This document shows, piece after piece, positions 29,342 to 38,879 of a stretch of 64,000 bases of DNA. Source of the stretch: a virus (Duplodnaviria; Caudoviricetes); IMG/VR virus record IMGVR_UViG_3300032038_000018, positions 1 to 64,000 of that record; one strand, written 5' to 3'. The notes beneath the pieces were generated by a model. It saw only the letters and a list, made by a program, of their open reading frames with translations. It searched no databases and was not told the origin of the DNA. Position 1 is the first letter of the stretch; every line of letters begins with the position of its first letter. The position numbers and the translations under genes are program-made.

Positions 29342-31882
29342 ATGTCCAAATCAGTGTCGAACAGTATCTGGAAAGACGTTACGGCAGATGACTTTAGAGC
29401 TGATAACTTAGTAGATGATTCTGATATAGCAGAGTTTAATAAGAATGGTATGATTATATATCAGGCTAATGTAAACTATGCTAGACAGATAGCTAGAGCA
29501 GAAGACTCATTGAAACCTATAGAGAGAAGAGCACTGTATGTATTCTTCAATCTTGGTGCATATGGTAATACCAATATCAAAGCTACTAAGATACTTGGTT
29601 CTCTTATGGCTATACATAATCATAGTGACGCATCTGCATATTCATCTATAATAGATATGGCACAGTATTGGAAGAATAATGTGCCTATGGTAACAGGTAA
29701 CTGTAATCTTGGTGTTATTACATCACCTGATGAATATGCAGCACAAAGATATGCAGATCTTCGTTTGACTAAATATGCATATGAATGTTTCTTTGAAGAC
29801 TATGATAAGAAGATAATCAATACGAATAGTTTATTGATTGGTGAGAAAGAACCTGATTTATTGCCTAGTAAATTTCCTAATTTACTCGTTAATGGTAATG
29901 CAGGTATAGGCAATGGTTTTGCATCTAGTATGCCGCCATTCAATATAAATGACATAATTGCAGTATGCAAGAAAGTAATAATGGATCCTGATGTGGATGT
30001 AAATGAATTAGTCATTGCACCGGACTTTCCTACAGAATGTGATATAATAGACAATAAATCTGAGATAAAAGAATATTGTACTACAGGTAAAGGAAAAGTT
30101 ACTGTAAGATCTAAGATAGATATAGAAGAAACTAAGAATAGTTATATCCTCGTGATAAAATCTATCCCTTATACAGTTCCATTCCCTACTATAAAGAATA
30201 AGATAATTGAATTGGGTAAGGCTGGAGTAATTCAGCTTAAAGCAATTCATGAAGAGTCTGATGCATATATAGACAAAGATGGTTCTACTAAGAAAGAGTT
30301 ATACTTCGATGTAGAGATACCCAAAGCAGCAGATCCTATTAAGGTAATGAATATTCTCTATAAGAATTGTAATCTTGAAAAGACTATCAGCTTACAAGCA
30401 ACTGTAGTCGTTAATGATTATAAGACTACAATAGAGACAATGAATATCAAACAGCTTATTCTGTCATGGCTTAATAATAGGCGTATGTATAAGAGATCAT
30501 CTTATAATCATAAGATAAATCAACTTATGTCGATTATATCTATAGATAGAGCTATGGTAGTTCTCCTTACAGGAAAGAATTTGGATAAGACTGTCAATAT
30601 CATTAGGAACTCTACTACAGAGAATATTGTAAAGAGACTTATGACCGAGTATGGCGGTGAAGTTAAATTTGATTCATATCAAGCTAATCTCATTGCACAG
30701 AAACCTCTTAGTGCATTTACTAAAGACTCTCTTGTAAGATACAAAGAAGAGATAAAGCGTCTCGAAAAGCAATTAGATGAAATAACTAAAATTGCTTATG
30801 ACCCTGAAAAGATTGACGAGATTATTCTCAATGAGTTGGATGACCTTAAGAAATATGCACCTGCTACAAGAAGAAGTAAAATCATTAAGGTTGACAATGA
30901 GCGAGAGTTTATGACTACCAATCATAGACTGATTGTAACATCTAAAGGCTATATAAAGAAATTACCAGAGATTGTAGATTCAGCTCATCAGAAACAGCCA
31001 TATGGTTCATTTGTACCTAATGACAGAATACTCTTCATTGATATGGTTAACAATGTAGATGCGATCATGATGTTTAATGATAGAGGAAAATATAGTATAG
31101 TGCCTATAAGAAATATTGAGAATACTCTGTATAATCAATATGGCGAGTCTATATACAATCTCAGTAAGTTAGACGGTAAGATAGTAGCTACATATAACAT
31201 TAGTGGTGAGAGATACAAGCCTAAGAAGTTTAAGAACGATTTCGTATTGTCTTTATCACAGCAAGGCTTTATGAAGCGTACTCCTCTGACAGAGTTTGTA
31301 TCTACAGACATAATTAAACCTGTAAGAAATAGTACAGCAGCTAAACTTAGAGAGAATGACAAGATGCAAGAATATATTGTCATACCTAAGTCAACATGCG
31401 ACAATCTCGAACTTGGTGTATTAGTGTATACTAAATACGGTGAATATGTATTTATGTCAAGTTATGAAAGTATACTCGAACTTGGTAAAAATGCATCTGG
31501 CTTACAAGTATTATCGCCTAAAGTTGGAGATTCTTGTGTAGGATTTCAATTAGTATCAGCCAAATTCCAGAAGTATGCAATCGTCATAACTAAGAAAGGC
31601 TGTATGAAGAGAATAGAGCTTGAGTATCTTGGCGAGTCTAAGAAACGTAAAGACTCTTCTTACATAGCAACTATTAGAGAAGATGATGAGATAGTAGCTG
31701 TCATAGCTTATACTACAGAAGAAGGCGTAGAAGATACGACATTGCGTGTTTCTACTAAAAATGGAGACAAAGACATTAATATAGAAGACATTCCTATACT
31801 TGGCAGAAAGGCTAAACCTGTAAAGATGCCCGGTATAGAGAACGTTGATGTTGCTTTAATAGTACATGACGAAATTGAATAA
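29342..31882 (+). CDS. gyrA: Type IIA topoisomerase/gyrase subunit A
   Basis: DSLKPIERR, AAQRY catalytic Tyr, PNLLVNG, PDFPT, C-terminal pinwheel repeats. Confidence 0.92.
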   Translation: MSKSVSNSIWKDVTADDFRADNLVDDSDIAEFNKNGMIIYQANVNYARQIARAEDSLKPIERRALYVFFNLGAYGNTNIKATKILGSLMAIHNHSDASAYSSIIDMAQYWKNNVPMVTGNCNLGVITSPDEYAAQRYADLRLTKYAYECFFEDYDKKIINTNSLLIGEKEPDLLPSKFPNLLVNGNAGIGNGFASSMPPFNINDIIAVCKKVIMDPDVDVNELVIAPDFPTECDIIDNKSEIKEYCTTGKGKVTVRSKIDIEETKNSYILVIKSIPYTVPFPTIKNKIIELGKAGVIQLKAIHEESDAYIDKDGSTKKELYFDVEIPKAADPIKVMNILYKNCNLEKTISLQATVVVNDYKTTIETMNIKQLILSWLNNRRMYKRSSYNHKINQLMSIISIDRAMVVLLTGKNLDKTVNIIRNSTTENIVKRLMTEYGGEVKFDSYQANLIAQKPLSAFTKDSLVRYKEEIKRLEKQLDEITKIAYDPEKIDEIILNELDDLKKYAPATRRSKIIKVDNEREFMTTNHRLIVTSKGYIKKLPEIVDSAHQKQPYGSFVPNDRILFIDMVNNVDAIMMFNDRGKYSIVPIRNIENTLYNQYGESIYNLSKLDGKIVATYNISGERYKPKKFKNDFVLSLSQQGFMKRTPLTEFVSTDIIKPVRNSTAAKLRENDKMQEYIVIPKSTCDNLELGVLVYTKYGEYVFMSSYESILELGKNASGLQVLSPKVGDSCVGFQLVSAKFQKYAIVITKKGCMKRIELEYLGESKKRKDSSYIATIREDDEIVAVIAYTTEEGVEDTTLRVSTKNGDKDINIEDIPILGRKAKPVKMPGIENVDVALIVHDEIE

Positions 31883-31888
31883 TGAGGA

Positions 31889-32188
31889 GTGAATAAGATG
31901 TCTGTAGACGAAGCTATTAACATAGCAAGAGTTGCTATTCATAAATACTTCCTTGCAGCACAAGCATTACCCAAGCATTCTAAGTTTTCTGATATAGAAG
32001 CTGATCGTAATGCTGCTATAGCTGCCATACATCAATTCTCTCAGGTGAAGAGAGACCATGGCGAACATGGTCTTTCTCCATATGAAGAGCGATCATTACA
32101 AACATTCGATGCAGCCGAAGTTGTAATGATGACTAAGTTAGAAATAACTGAAGAAAAGTTATATGGAGGTGCTTGTCATGCCCACTGA
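31889..32188 (+). CDS. Hypothetical protein
   Basis: 99-aa ORF between gyrA and the next gene. Confidence 0.55.
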   Translation: MNKMSVDEAINIARVAIHKYFLAAQALPKHSKFSDIEADRNAAIAAIHQFSQVKRDHGEHGLSPYEERSLQTFDAAEVVMMTKLEITEEKLYGGACHAH

Positions 32189-33029
32189 TTGTGTAGACAC
32201 TTGTGGTGCTGGTTGTGGTGCAGCATGTAGCCTTGAATGTGCTGACATATGTTCGAGTTCATGTAGAGGTGAATGCGCAAGTGAATGTGGATCAGGTTGT
32301 GCTGCATCTGCTACAACTCCCAGCAAGTTTATAGACCCAGATCATATTACCAATGATTTCATGCTTGAAATAATTCGCAATGTAATGCGATATATTATTC
32401 TGCTAGGTAATAAGTCTGATATAATTACTTCGGCTGAATCACTGTTTAGCGTAATCGTTGAGCCAATGTATTATGTCGTTATAGTGACATGTACCAATAC
32501 AGATACAAATCCTTCAGAAGCATATCCGAATGCAGTAGTTGATGATAATGGTGGAGTTCTTCATAAATACGAGAATGTATTTAGAATAAACCGAGTTAAT
32601 AATGAAACTACTGTAACCAATCATGACTATATCAAATTCTATTCGCTATATGAATCAACTGTAGAAGAAACCGTTGGTAATGTAACTATAACCCATTATC
32701 AAGGTAGCAGAGTAGTTAAGCAATATACTGTATATGCTGAGCCTACTATAGATTATGTAAATTTCTATTATAATGGAATTCGTACAGAGAGAGCAGAGAT
32801 ACATCATGCTATAGGAGATCCATGTGTTCGTTATAAGTATTATGACCATAAAGAATATGACGAACATGCTAATCTTACCAATGACATAGGCGACATATAT
32901 GTTGATGAGAATGGTCAACCTGTAATAGAAGGTTATGATGTAACTGAATATGATACGCATTGGGTAAAGCTCGATTCACGTACATATAGAAAAGATAAAG
33001 ATACCGATTCTTGGGTACCTGTTAACTAA
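32178..33029 (+). CDS. Protein with N-terminal CXXX repeat (remote radical SAM target candidate)
   Basis: GGAGGTG RBS; MPTDCVDTCGAGCGAACSLECADICSSSCRGECASECGSGC (10 Cys in perfect register) fused to an unrelated domain of about 240 aa. Confidence 0.75.
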   Translation: MPTDCVDTCGAGCGAACSLECADICSSSCRGECASECGSGCAASATTPSKFIDPDHITNDFMLEIIRNVMRYIILLGNKSDIITSAESLFSVIVEPMYYVVIVTCTNTDTNPSEAYPNAVVDDNGGVLHKYENVFRINRVNNETTVTNHDYIKFYSLYESTVEETVGNVTITHYQGSRVVKQYTVYAEPTIDYVNFYYNGIRTERAEIHHAIGDPCVRYKYYDHKEYDEHANLTNDIGDIYVDENGQPVIEGYDVTEYDTHWVKLDSRTYRKDKDTDSWVPVN

Positions 33030-33253
33030 CACGAAAATATACACTATGCGTCAAGCATAGTGTATATTTAACGGAGGTAACAGAAAAGGAGAAACCAAAA
33101 ATGTCTACAAAGAGAGTAACCTTTTGATTTTTCTGTATTATTTTAGTGTTTAAAAAATAATGCATTTTATACATATAGAGAACATATAATACATTAATGC
33201 CATCTGGGACATTTGGTTAATTTATATTTGATAGGTAAAGAGGTGACATTCAA

Positions 33254-34513
33254 ATGAATCTTTATAATCCAGAGATATTCTATGATGCCGCTATGGAGAA
33301 TTTTTTTTATGGTGAAGCTATAGAAGCTGTCGATAGAGAAAAGAATACAAAGATTCTAAAGAATGCTTTATATAAACTCATAGCAGATAATATTGCTATA
33401 GAGAAAAATAAGAAAGAATTATTTAGATACATAGCTCAATTTAGAAATAGATATATCAATGTCTTATCTAGTCCTGCTATAACTACAATTATACCATTCA
33501 ATCATTCAGGTGAAGATGCTAAAGTGGTCTATAGGTGCTGTGGTATAGACGAGAAGCTGGTTAATACTGCTATAGATACTGCTAAGAAAGCTATAAAGCT
33601 TGATGCTGTTGGTAAGAACGTGACTCCATTTAATGTAGTTATGATATTCTTAATTAGTATCTTCTATAATGATAAACAGAAACTAAATGCATTATTATTA
33701 TACTATGCATGCGGAATGTATTATCTCATATATTCCGGAATGTTTAAGAAGTTTGCACCAGATCCTGATTGTATGCAATATACTATAGATAATCTTTCTA
33801 ATAAGTTTATCTTAAAGAAAGAAGGCTCATTAGAAAAGGCAATGGTTGCATCTTTATGGACAGGTGCAGATCACTATAAAGGAATATTAAAGTCATTATC
33901 TGACTATGATATATGCTGTACATTAATCCCCGGATTTAGAACCAGAGTTGCATCCATGTTACAGTCTGTGGCTAGTGAATACTTTGCTAACTATGAGAAA
34001 GGCAATAAAGTATTTGATCAGAAAGAATATAATGATGAAGGTGAATTCATCATAGATAGAGAATCTGATATAGCTAGAGTACAAAGAGCAGCATCTTCTG
34101 CAACTATATCATTCTATTCTAATCCAATAGATCTTAATGTAATACGAACTATAGCTAAGATGCATACAGACGCATCTGCTAATGAGATAAGAGCTTGTGT
34201 TGAATATATACATGATGATTCATCTTCTAAATCTGTATTGAAATTCTATGAGTGCATATTCTCATCGTTCTTTAATGAGAATCCTAATGCAACAGGTGAA
34301 GATCTTCATAGTATGAAATTCTTAGCATCTGCTAATGCTATATACAAGAAAGGTAATTCAAAAGACGATAATATTACAAATATAAAGAATATTACGCATG
34401 AATGGCTTTCTAAAGGATCTCCTGTATATGCAAGAACTCAAAGAGTTGCTACAATGAATACATATAGAAAATGTATCTTCTTATACTTCGTAATGATAGT
34501 ATCATCTAAATAA
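33254..34513 (+). CDS. Putative virion protein
   Basis: N-terminal acidic AME/AIE motifs resembling prohead-protease sites; upstream late-type motif. Confidence 0.5.
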   Translation: MNLYNPEIFYDAAMENFFYGEAIEAVDREKNTKILKNALYKLIADNIAIEKNKKELFRYIAQFRNRYINVLSSPAITTIIPFNHSGEDAKVVYRCCGIDEKLVNTAIDTAKKAIKLDAVGKNVTPFNVVMIFLISIFYNDKQKLNALLLYYACGMYYLIYSGMFKKFAPDPDCMQYTIDNLSNKFILKKEGSLEKAMVASLWTGADHYKGILKSLSDYDICCTLIPGFRTRVASMLQSVASEYFANYEKGNKVFDQKEYNDEGEFIIDRESDIARVQRAASSATISFYSNPIDLNVIRTIAKMHTDASANEIRACVEYIHDDSSSKSVLKFYECIFSSFFNENPNATGEDLHSMKFLASANAIYKKGNSKDDNITNIKNITHEWLSKGSPVYARTQRVATMNTYRKCIFLYFVMIVSSK

Positions 34514-34633
34514 TATATACGGTATACCAATAGGTATACCGTAATTTGTTTCTTTTTGTATTATATATTCTATAAGTAGTAGAATAAATGATCGCCCGCA
34601 AAATCGCGGGCATGTCTTATGGAGGTAACAATT

Positions 34634-34975
34634 ATGACTACTAATACACTCACAAAGATAATAATACCTAATTCGCCAATCGATATTACACATACATCAT
34701 CCGAGGTGTATATAAAAATACCGATTACGGCTGGATTGGAATCTTGGTCAGATCTGACCGGGATTCTGACCAAGCTTTTTGGTGACAGGCTCACCAAAAA
34801 GATAGTTGTTCGCGTTCTCAATCAGATGGGTACAGTTATATCGATGGAGAACAAAGTGGCATCTTCCACAAGAATATCCATAGAAGGTCATGGCAACGCG
34901 CATATTGACGTGTGTGCAAATAGAACCTTCGTAAGCATCAATGCTTACGGATTTCAGGTCAAGCCTATGACTTGA
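34634..34975 (+). CDS. Early-cassette hypothetical protein
   Basis: GGAGGT RBS; promoter at 34562; terminator at 34981. Confidence 0.65.
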   Translation: MTTNTLTKIIIPNSPIDITHTSSEVYIKIPITAGLESWSDLTGILTKLFGDRLTKKIVVRVLNQMGTVISMENKVASSTRISIEGHGNAHIDVCANRTFVSINAYGFQVKPMT

Positions 34976-34980
34976 CCTGA

Positions 34981-35014
34981 ATAAACCCTAACTTCGGTTA
35001 GGGTTTATTTTTTT
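34981..35014 (+). terminator. Intrinsic terminator
   Basis: ATAAACCCTAAC-TTCG-GTTAGGGTTTAT plus U-tract. Confidence 0.85.
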
Positions 35015-35101
35015 GTATGCACCCTTGGTATTTTCTTTTATTTTGTATTTATATATTCTATTATAGTAATAAAATGTCTTTTATAGTGAAAGGAGCTCAT
35101 T

Positions 35102-35437
35102 ATGAAGCAGTACTCAACCGCAACTAGGATCAAGGCATATTCGAACAAGTTCGCATTATACCGTGTCGATAATATGGAAGGTTTAAATATTATCGATACA
35201 AACGGAAAGCCGACAACCACTGATAGAAATATCATTGGTGTCAGCCACATCAATTTTACTGGTTGGGCTAAAGGCAAAACTGGTAAGCATGCATTAAATG
35301 CTGACAACACTGAAAAGATTGTTGTTGGCACTATCCGTGTACTGTCGGATGGAAAGTTAATCGCAAATGATTGGCATTTAGTCAATCAGGATGAAGTCAA
35401 CAAGCTGTATTCACAGCGTGTTGAATTCAACATATAA
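35102..35437 (+). CDS. Early-cassette hypothetical protein
   Basis: AAGGAG RBS; promoter at 35050. Confidence 0.65.
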   Translation: MKQYSTATRIKAYSNKFALYRVDNMEGLNIIDTNGKPTTTDRNIIGVSHINFTGWAKGKTGKHALNADNTEKIVVGTIRVLSDGKLIANDWHLVNQDEVNKLYSQRVEFNI

Positions 35438-35449
35438 GGAGGAAAAATT

Positions 35450-35848
35450 ATGGCAGTAAACAAATTTGGATTTGATCCCGACTACAAAATTTCAGTTACT
35501 CTGCTTCGTGCAGATGCAGAAGAAGCTAGACATGCACAGGAAGCGAAGGATGCAGAGAAAGCTGCTATCAAAGCAGAATATGACGAAGCTTTGGAATCTG
35601 TAATCACAATGATTAGAGATTCAATCGACTATCTAATAGAAGATAGAGCCACAGCAAAATATGTTGACGGTGATAAAGCTGCTCAACATATTGTGCGTTG
35701 TTTATTAAAACATAATGTACCATTAAGAATGATACATGAAGCATCCGAATGCTGCCGCGTAAGATATGTAAATGCGAGAAATAATCTCGGAAGAGATTTC
35801 GCACATTGCGTTGATGTTGCATCGAGATCGGATGAGGATTTCGTGTAA
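35450..35848 (+). CDS. Hypothetical protein, paralogue of 35994..36380
   Basis: Begins MAVNKFGFDPDY. Confidence 0.7.
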   Translation: MAVNKFGFDPDYKISVTLLRADAEEARHAQEAKDAEKAAIKAEYDEALESVITMIRDSIDYLIEDRATAKYVDGDKAAQHIVRCLLKHNVPLRMIHEASECCRVRYVNARNNLGRDFAHCVDVASRSDEDFV

Positions 35849-35860
35849 TACCCGAAATCA

Positions 35861-35890
35861 TAAAGCCACCTTCGGGTGGCTTTATTTTTT
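35861..35890 (+). terminator. Intrinsic terminator (repeat family)
   Basis: TAAAGCCACC-TTCG-GGTGGCTTTA plus U-tract. Confidence 0.85.
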
Positions 35891-35993
35891 ATATGAGCCC
35901 CGTAATTTTCGTATGTTTCTTTATATATTCTATAAGTAATAAATAAAATAATTAGCTCGCAAAATCGCGGGCACGTCTTAATGGAGGTACATT

Positions 35994-36380
35994 ATGTCTA
36001 TTAACAAGTTCGGATTTGATGAGGATTATTCTATCTACTGTATGTCTCTTGCCGCTATAGCAAGAGATAGACGGGAGGCTGCAGAGGCTGAGGCTAAGGC
36101 AGCTGCAGAAAAGGCCGAAGCTGTCAATGCGGTATTTACCATGCTGGTGGATGCGATAAAATATCTCGAAAGAGATATTCCTTATCTTAAGCCAGATGAG
36201 ATAGCTGAGCAGTTCATGCACAGCTTATCTGTCAATAATGTCCCTGTTGACATTATTGAATCTGCAGTCAGGGACTACCTTAATTGCAGAGAGTATAATG
36301 ATACAATCGAACTGGCATTGCAACTCATGATAAAGCAGTGCACAGTCAAGCCGACAGACGATGTCGGATTCGGACTGTAA
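35994..36380 (+). CDS. Hypothetical protein, paralogue of 35450..35848
   Basis: Begins MSINKFGFDEDY; shared Ala/Glu helix and I.YL, NVP motifs. Confidence 0.7.
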   Translation: MSINKFGFDEDYSIYCMSLAAIARDRREAAEAEAKAAAEKAEAVNAVFTMLVDAIKYLERDIPYLKPDEIAEQFMHSLSVNNVPVDIIESAVRDYLNCREYNDTIELALQLMIKQCTVKPTDDVGFGL

Positions 36381-36396
36381 TGTCCGAAGAAATAAT

Positions 36397-36423
36397 AGCC
36401 ACCTTCGGGTGGCTTTATTTTTT
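36397..36423 (+). terminator. Intrinsic terminator (repeat family)
   Basis: AGCCACC-TTCG-GGTGGCT plus U-tract. Confidence 0.85.
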
Positions 36424-36431
36424 GCTCTGAA

Positions 36432-36443
36432 AACATTTTTTTA
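36432..36443 (+). promoter_or_regulatory. Putative late promoter AACA-N6-TA (representative copy)
   Basis: (A/G/T)ACA-N6-TA at 2507, 10655, 17605, 20257, 22710, 26548, 33208 and 36432 (+) and 913-924, 52775-52786, 58571-58582 (-), each just upstream of a gene block. Confidence 0.5.
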
Positions 36444-36471
36444 ATCAAGACTCTAAGGTAGGTGAAATATC

Positions 36472-37251
36472 ATGGCTGATATATCTGCTAAAAGAAAACA
36501 GTTTATGAAAACTCTTTTAGATACAATGAAACTATTAGACCCTAGTGGTAATAATGTTGATTTATATAAACGTAAATTTGAGAAAATGACAGACGCTCAA
36601 TTCGATAAATGGATGAAAGATTTCAGAGATGATGATAGAGCTAACTTCTATTTAGAGATAATTGAATTTGAAAGAGAATTAACTCTGGAGAATATTGAAG
36701 CGGCAGCTAATTATCTGAAGATCCCTCTATATGAATATGTGTGCGTTCCTTATATCAATGAAGTAAATACAGACGATCCTTCTAAGAGTAAAGATCCAAC
36801 AGCAGAAATTGTAGTTACTCCTACAAGATGCCCTGTTGGATATATACATATTAAGAGAATGCCACAGTCTGTTCACCATAAGAATTCTACAACGACATCT
36901 AATACTAAGAGAAATACTAAGACCGGACAAGTTACAGGAGATGACAAGAACGGTCGTACTACAGATGTAGAGACATATGCTCTTACAGTATACGGTGCAG
37001 AGAATTCTCTTAAAGAACTCATGGGTTTCCGTGCAGATGACCAAGCTGCTAAACAGCAAGCATATGCATCTATTGAAAGAGATGGATATGTACAACTTAG
37101 TGATCTGCAATCTTCTCAACAAGATAAAGTTGCAGTTAATACGCTTAATGCATATTATTGGGCACAAGGATTTGCAACTAATATGGTCAATGGCGGCTAT
37201 ATGTTAACATCCGCTACGCCTCCTGAGTGGAAAGTTAAAAACGATATATAA
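36472..37251 (+). CDS. Multisubunit RNA polymerase beta C-terminal fragment (probably virion RNAP)
   Basis: PVGYIHIKRM...HHK...TGQVTG...DVETYALTVYGAENSLKELMGFRADD parallels the RpoB C-terminal GYMY.LKL.H...EVWAL.AYGAA..L.E....SDD. Confidence 0.8.
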   Translation: MADISAKRKQFMKTLLDTMKLLDPSGNNVDLYKRKFEKMTDAQFDKWMKDFRDDDRANFYLEIIEFERELTLENIEAAANYLKIPLYEYVCVPYINEVNTDDPSKSKDPTAEIVVTPTRCPVGYIHIKRMPQSVHHKNSTTTSNTKRNTKTGQVTGDDKNGRTTDVETYALTVYGAENSLKELMGFRADDQAAKQQAYASIERDGYVQLSDLQSSQQDKVAVNTLNAYYWAQGFATNMVNGGYMLTSATPPEWKVKNDI

Positions 37252-37322
37252 TTATATATAATATAAGTGTAAATGCTACACTGGGTAGCATTATAACCAT
37301 TTATATTATAGGAGGCAAATTT

Positions 37323-37658
37323 ATGATGGACGAAAAAGACGTCATCGGTTTGATGGCGGGTACAATCGAGAGCACAAATGGGGCCGTTGACAACAGTGTA
37401 TGCGACAACGGTAATGCGGCAGTTAGCAAAGAAACTTTTGAGACTATGATGAACTCAATTGACAGCAGACTTTCCACCCTCAGTAAAAGAGTGTACAATT
37501 TAGAGTACACCGAGCAATGCGCTAGTTCACCTTCATTGTATATGAAAGAATTGCGCAAAGATCTCAATTCTCTCATGCACAAGGTTGATCAAATTGAGGC
37601 TGCACTAAGCATGTCAAAGAAGTATAGAAAAAGACGTGCTAAACTCAGCAGAGACTAA
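37323..37658 (+). CDS. Coiled-coil hypothetical protein
   Basis: AGGAGG RBS; heptad-like pattern. Confidence 0.65.
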   Translation: MMDEKDVIGLMAGTIESTNGAVDNSVCDNGNAAVSKETFETMMNSIDSRLSTLSKRVYNLEYTEQCASSPSLYMKELRKDLNSLMHKVDQIEAALSMSKKYRKRRAKLSRD

Positions 37659-37723
37659 ATGTATTTATGGGATAATTAATATTATCCCTTATTTTCCCTT
37701 TTTAATATATGGAGGTAACAATT

Positions 37724-38572
37724 ATGGCAAACACAAGCAAAATTTCGGAAACAATCAAAAACATCAATGACCGTCTTAACAAGATAGTAGATGGCTTCAA
37801 TTCAGATGATGCAATGGTTGCACTCACACATATATTGAATATATGTGAACCAATCGCATACGATACATCGTTTGTATCGGTATACAAAATTAACGATGCC
37901 GGCATAGAATGTGCGATTAAGATAGTTGATCCCGCTGATGACAAAATTCCATTACTGAAAGAACTGACCGATTATGTCAGCACGTTAAAGGATAACGATT
38001 TTTGGCGTTACGTCAGAACTAAAAAGACTGACGAAGAACCCGCTCCGATTAAATTGGATTCCGATGAAGCAAAAACTTTGGATGCAATGATGGATAGACT
38101 CTCTGACAGAATAAATTCTGTCGACTGCGAAGTCGAAGCCATCAAGGATCATCTTACCGAACTTGGTCTCGGTCTTGATGAGACATGTGATAACTCTATT
38201 GAAGATGACGATGATGGATTTGACTGCAGAGAGGATGTCATTACGATCTATGACAAACTTGAGCACATAGATGATCAAATCATCAATCTTTCTGCAAACG
38301 ATGACAACCTCGAAGTTGATGTCGAAGAACATGGCGAACGACTTGATAGGCTTTCATCCACAATAGAAGAGCTGAGCAATCGACTCACTAGCATTGAGAT
38401 TTTCAATGCACAGCTTTGCGCAACTCTCGTTCAGGACAAGAGATTCAGGAAGAATTTCGACAGAACCGCAAAGAAAATCAGAAAATCTGTAAAGGCAATA
38501 AAGCACGTCGATAATAGCATCAACACTGATAAGCTCGTTCCTGAGAAGGAGATAAAGCCCAGTGAAGAATAA
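37724..38572 (+). CDS. Acidic coiled-coil hypothetical protein
   Basis: GGAGGTAACAATTATG start context identical to that at 34634. Confidence 0.65.
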   Translation: MANTSKISETIKNINDRLNKIVDGFNSDDAMVALTHILNICEPIAYDTSFVSVYKINDAGIECAIKIVDPADDKIPLLKELTDYVSTLKDNDFWRYVRTKKTDEEPAPIKLDSDEAKTLDAMMDRLSDRINSVDCEVEAIKDHLTELGLGLDETCDNSIEDDDDGFDCREDVITIYDKLEHIDDQIINLSANDDNLEVDVEEHGERLDRLSSTIEELSNRLTSIEIFNAQLCATLVQDKRFRKNFDRTAKKIRKSVKAIKHVDNSINTDKLVPEKEIKPSEE

Positions 38573-38861
38573 AGACTATAAGAAGTCTATAGAGAAATCT
38601 ATAGATAATTACGGTCAAACTCAATTACTTATAGCCTGTGAAGAAATGGGCGAACTTATACAGGCTATAAGTAAAATGGAAAGAGCTATTAGCTCTAAAG
38701 AAGACCGCAAGAAATGTAAAGAACACATAACAGAAGAAATAGCTGATGTTATGATAGTTCTTGACGAACTTATGTTATACTATAATATAAGTGAGTCAGC
38801 TGTAAAGAAAGTCAAAAATGAGAAAAAGGTGCGCTTGCAAAAGCGCACCAAACATATGTGA
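38562..38861 (+). CDS. MazG-like nucleotide pyrophosphohydrolase
   Basis: EEMGELIQAISK...EEIADV motif. Confidence 0.8.
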   Translation: MKNKDYKKSIEKSIDNYGQTQLLIACEEMGELIQAISKMERAISSKEDRKKCKEHITEEIADVMIVLDELMLYYNISESAVKKVKNEKKVRLQKRTKHM

Positions 38862-38879
38862 AAGGAATGGATAATTTTT

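Noticed and set aside
29161-29391. 76-aa ORF between gyrB and gyrA
   Set aside because: Overlaps both neighbours, including 50 nt of gyrA, and has no clear RBS; not enough support to list
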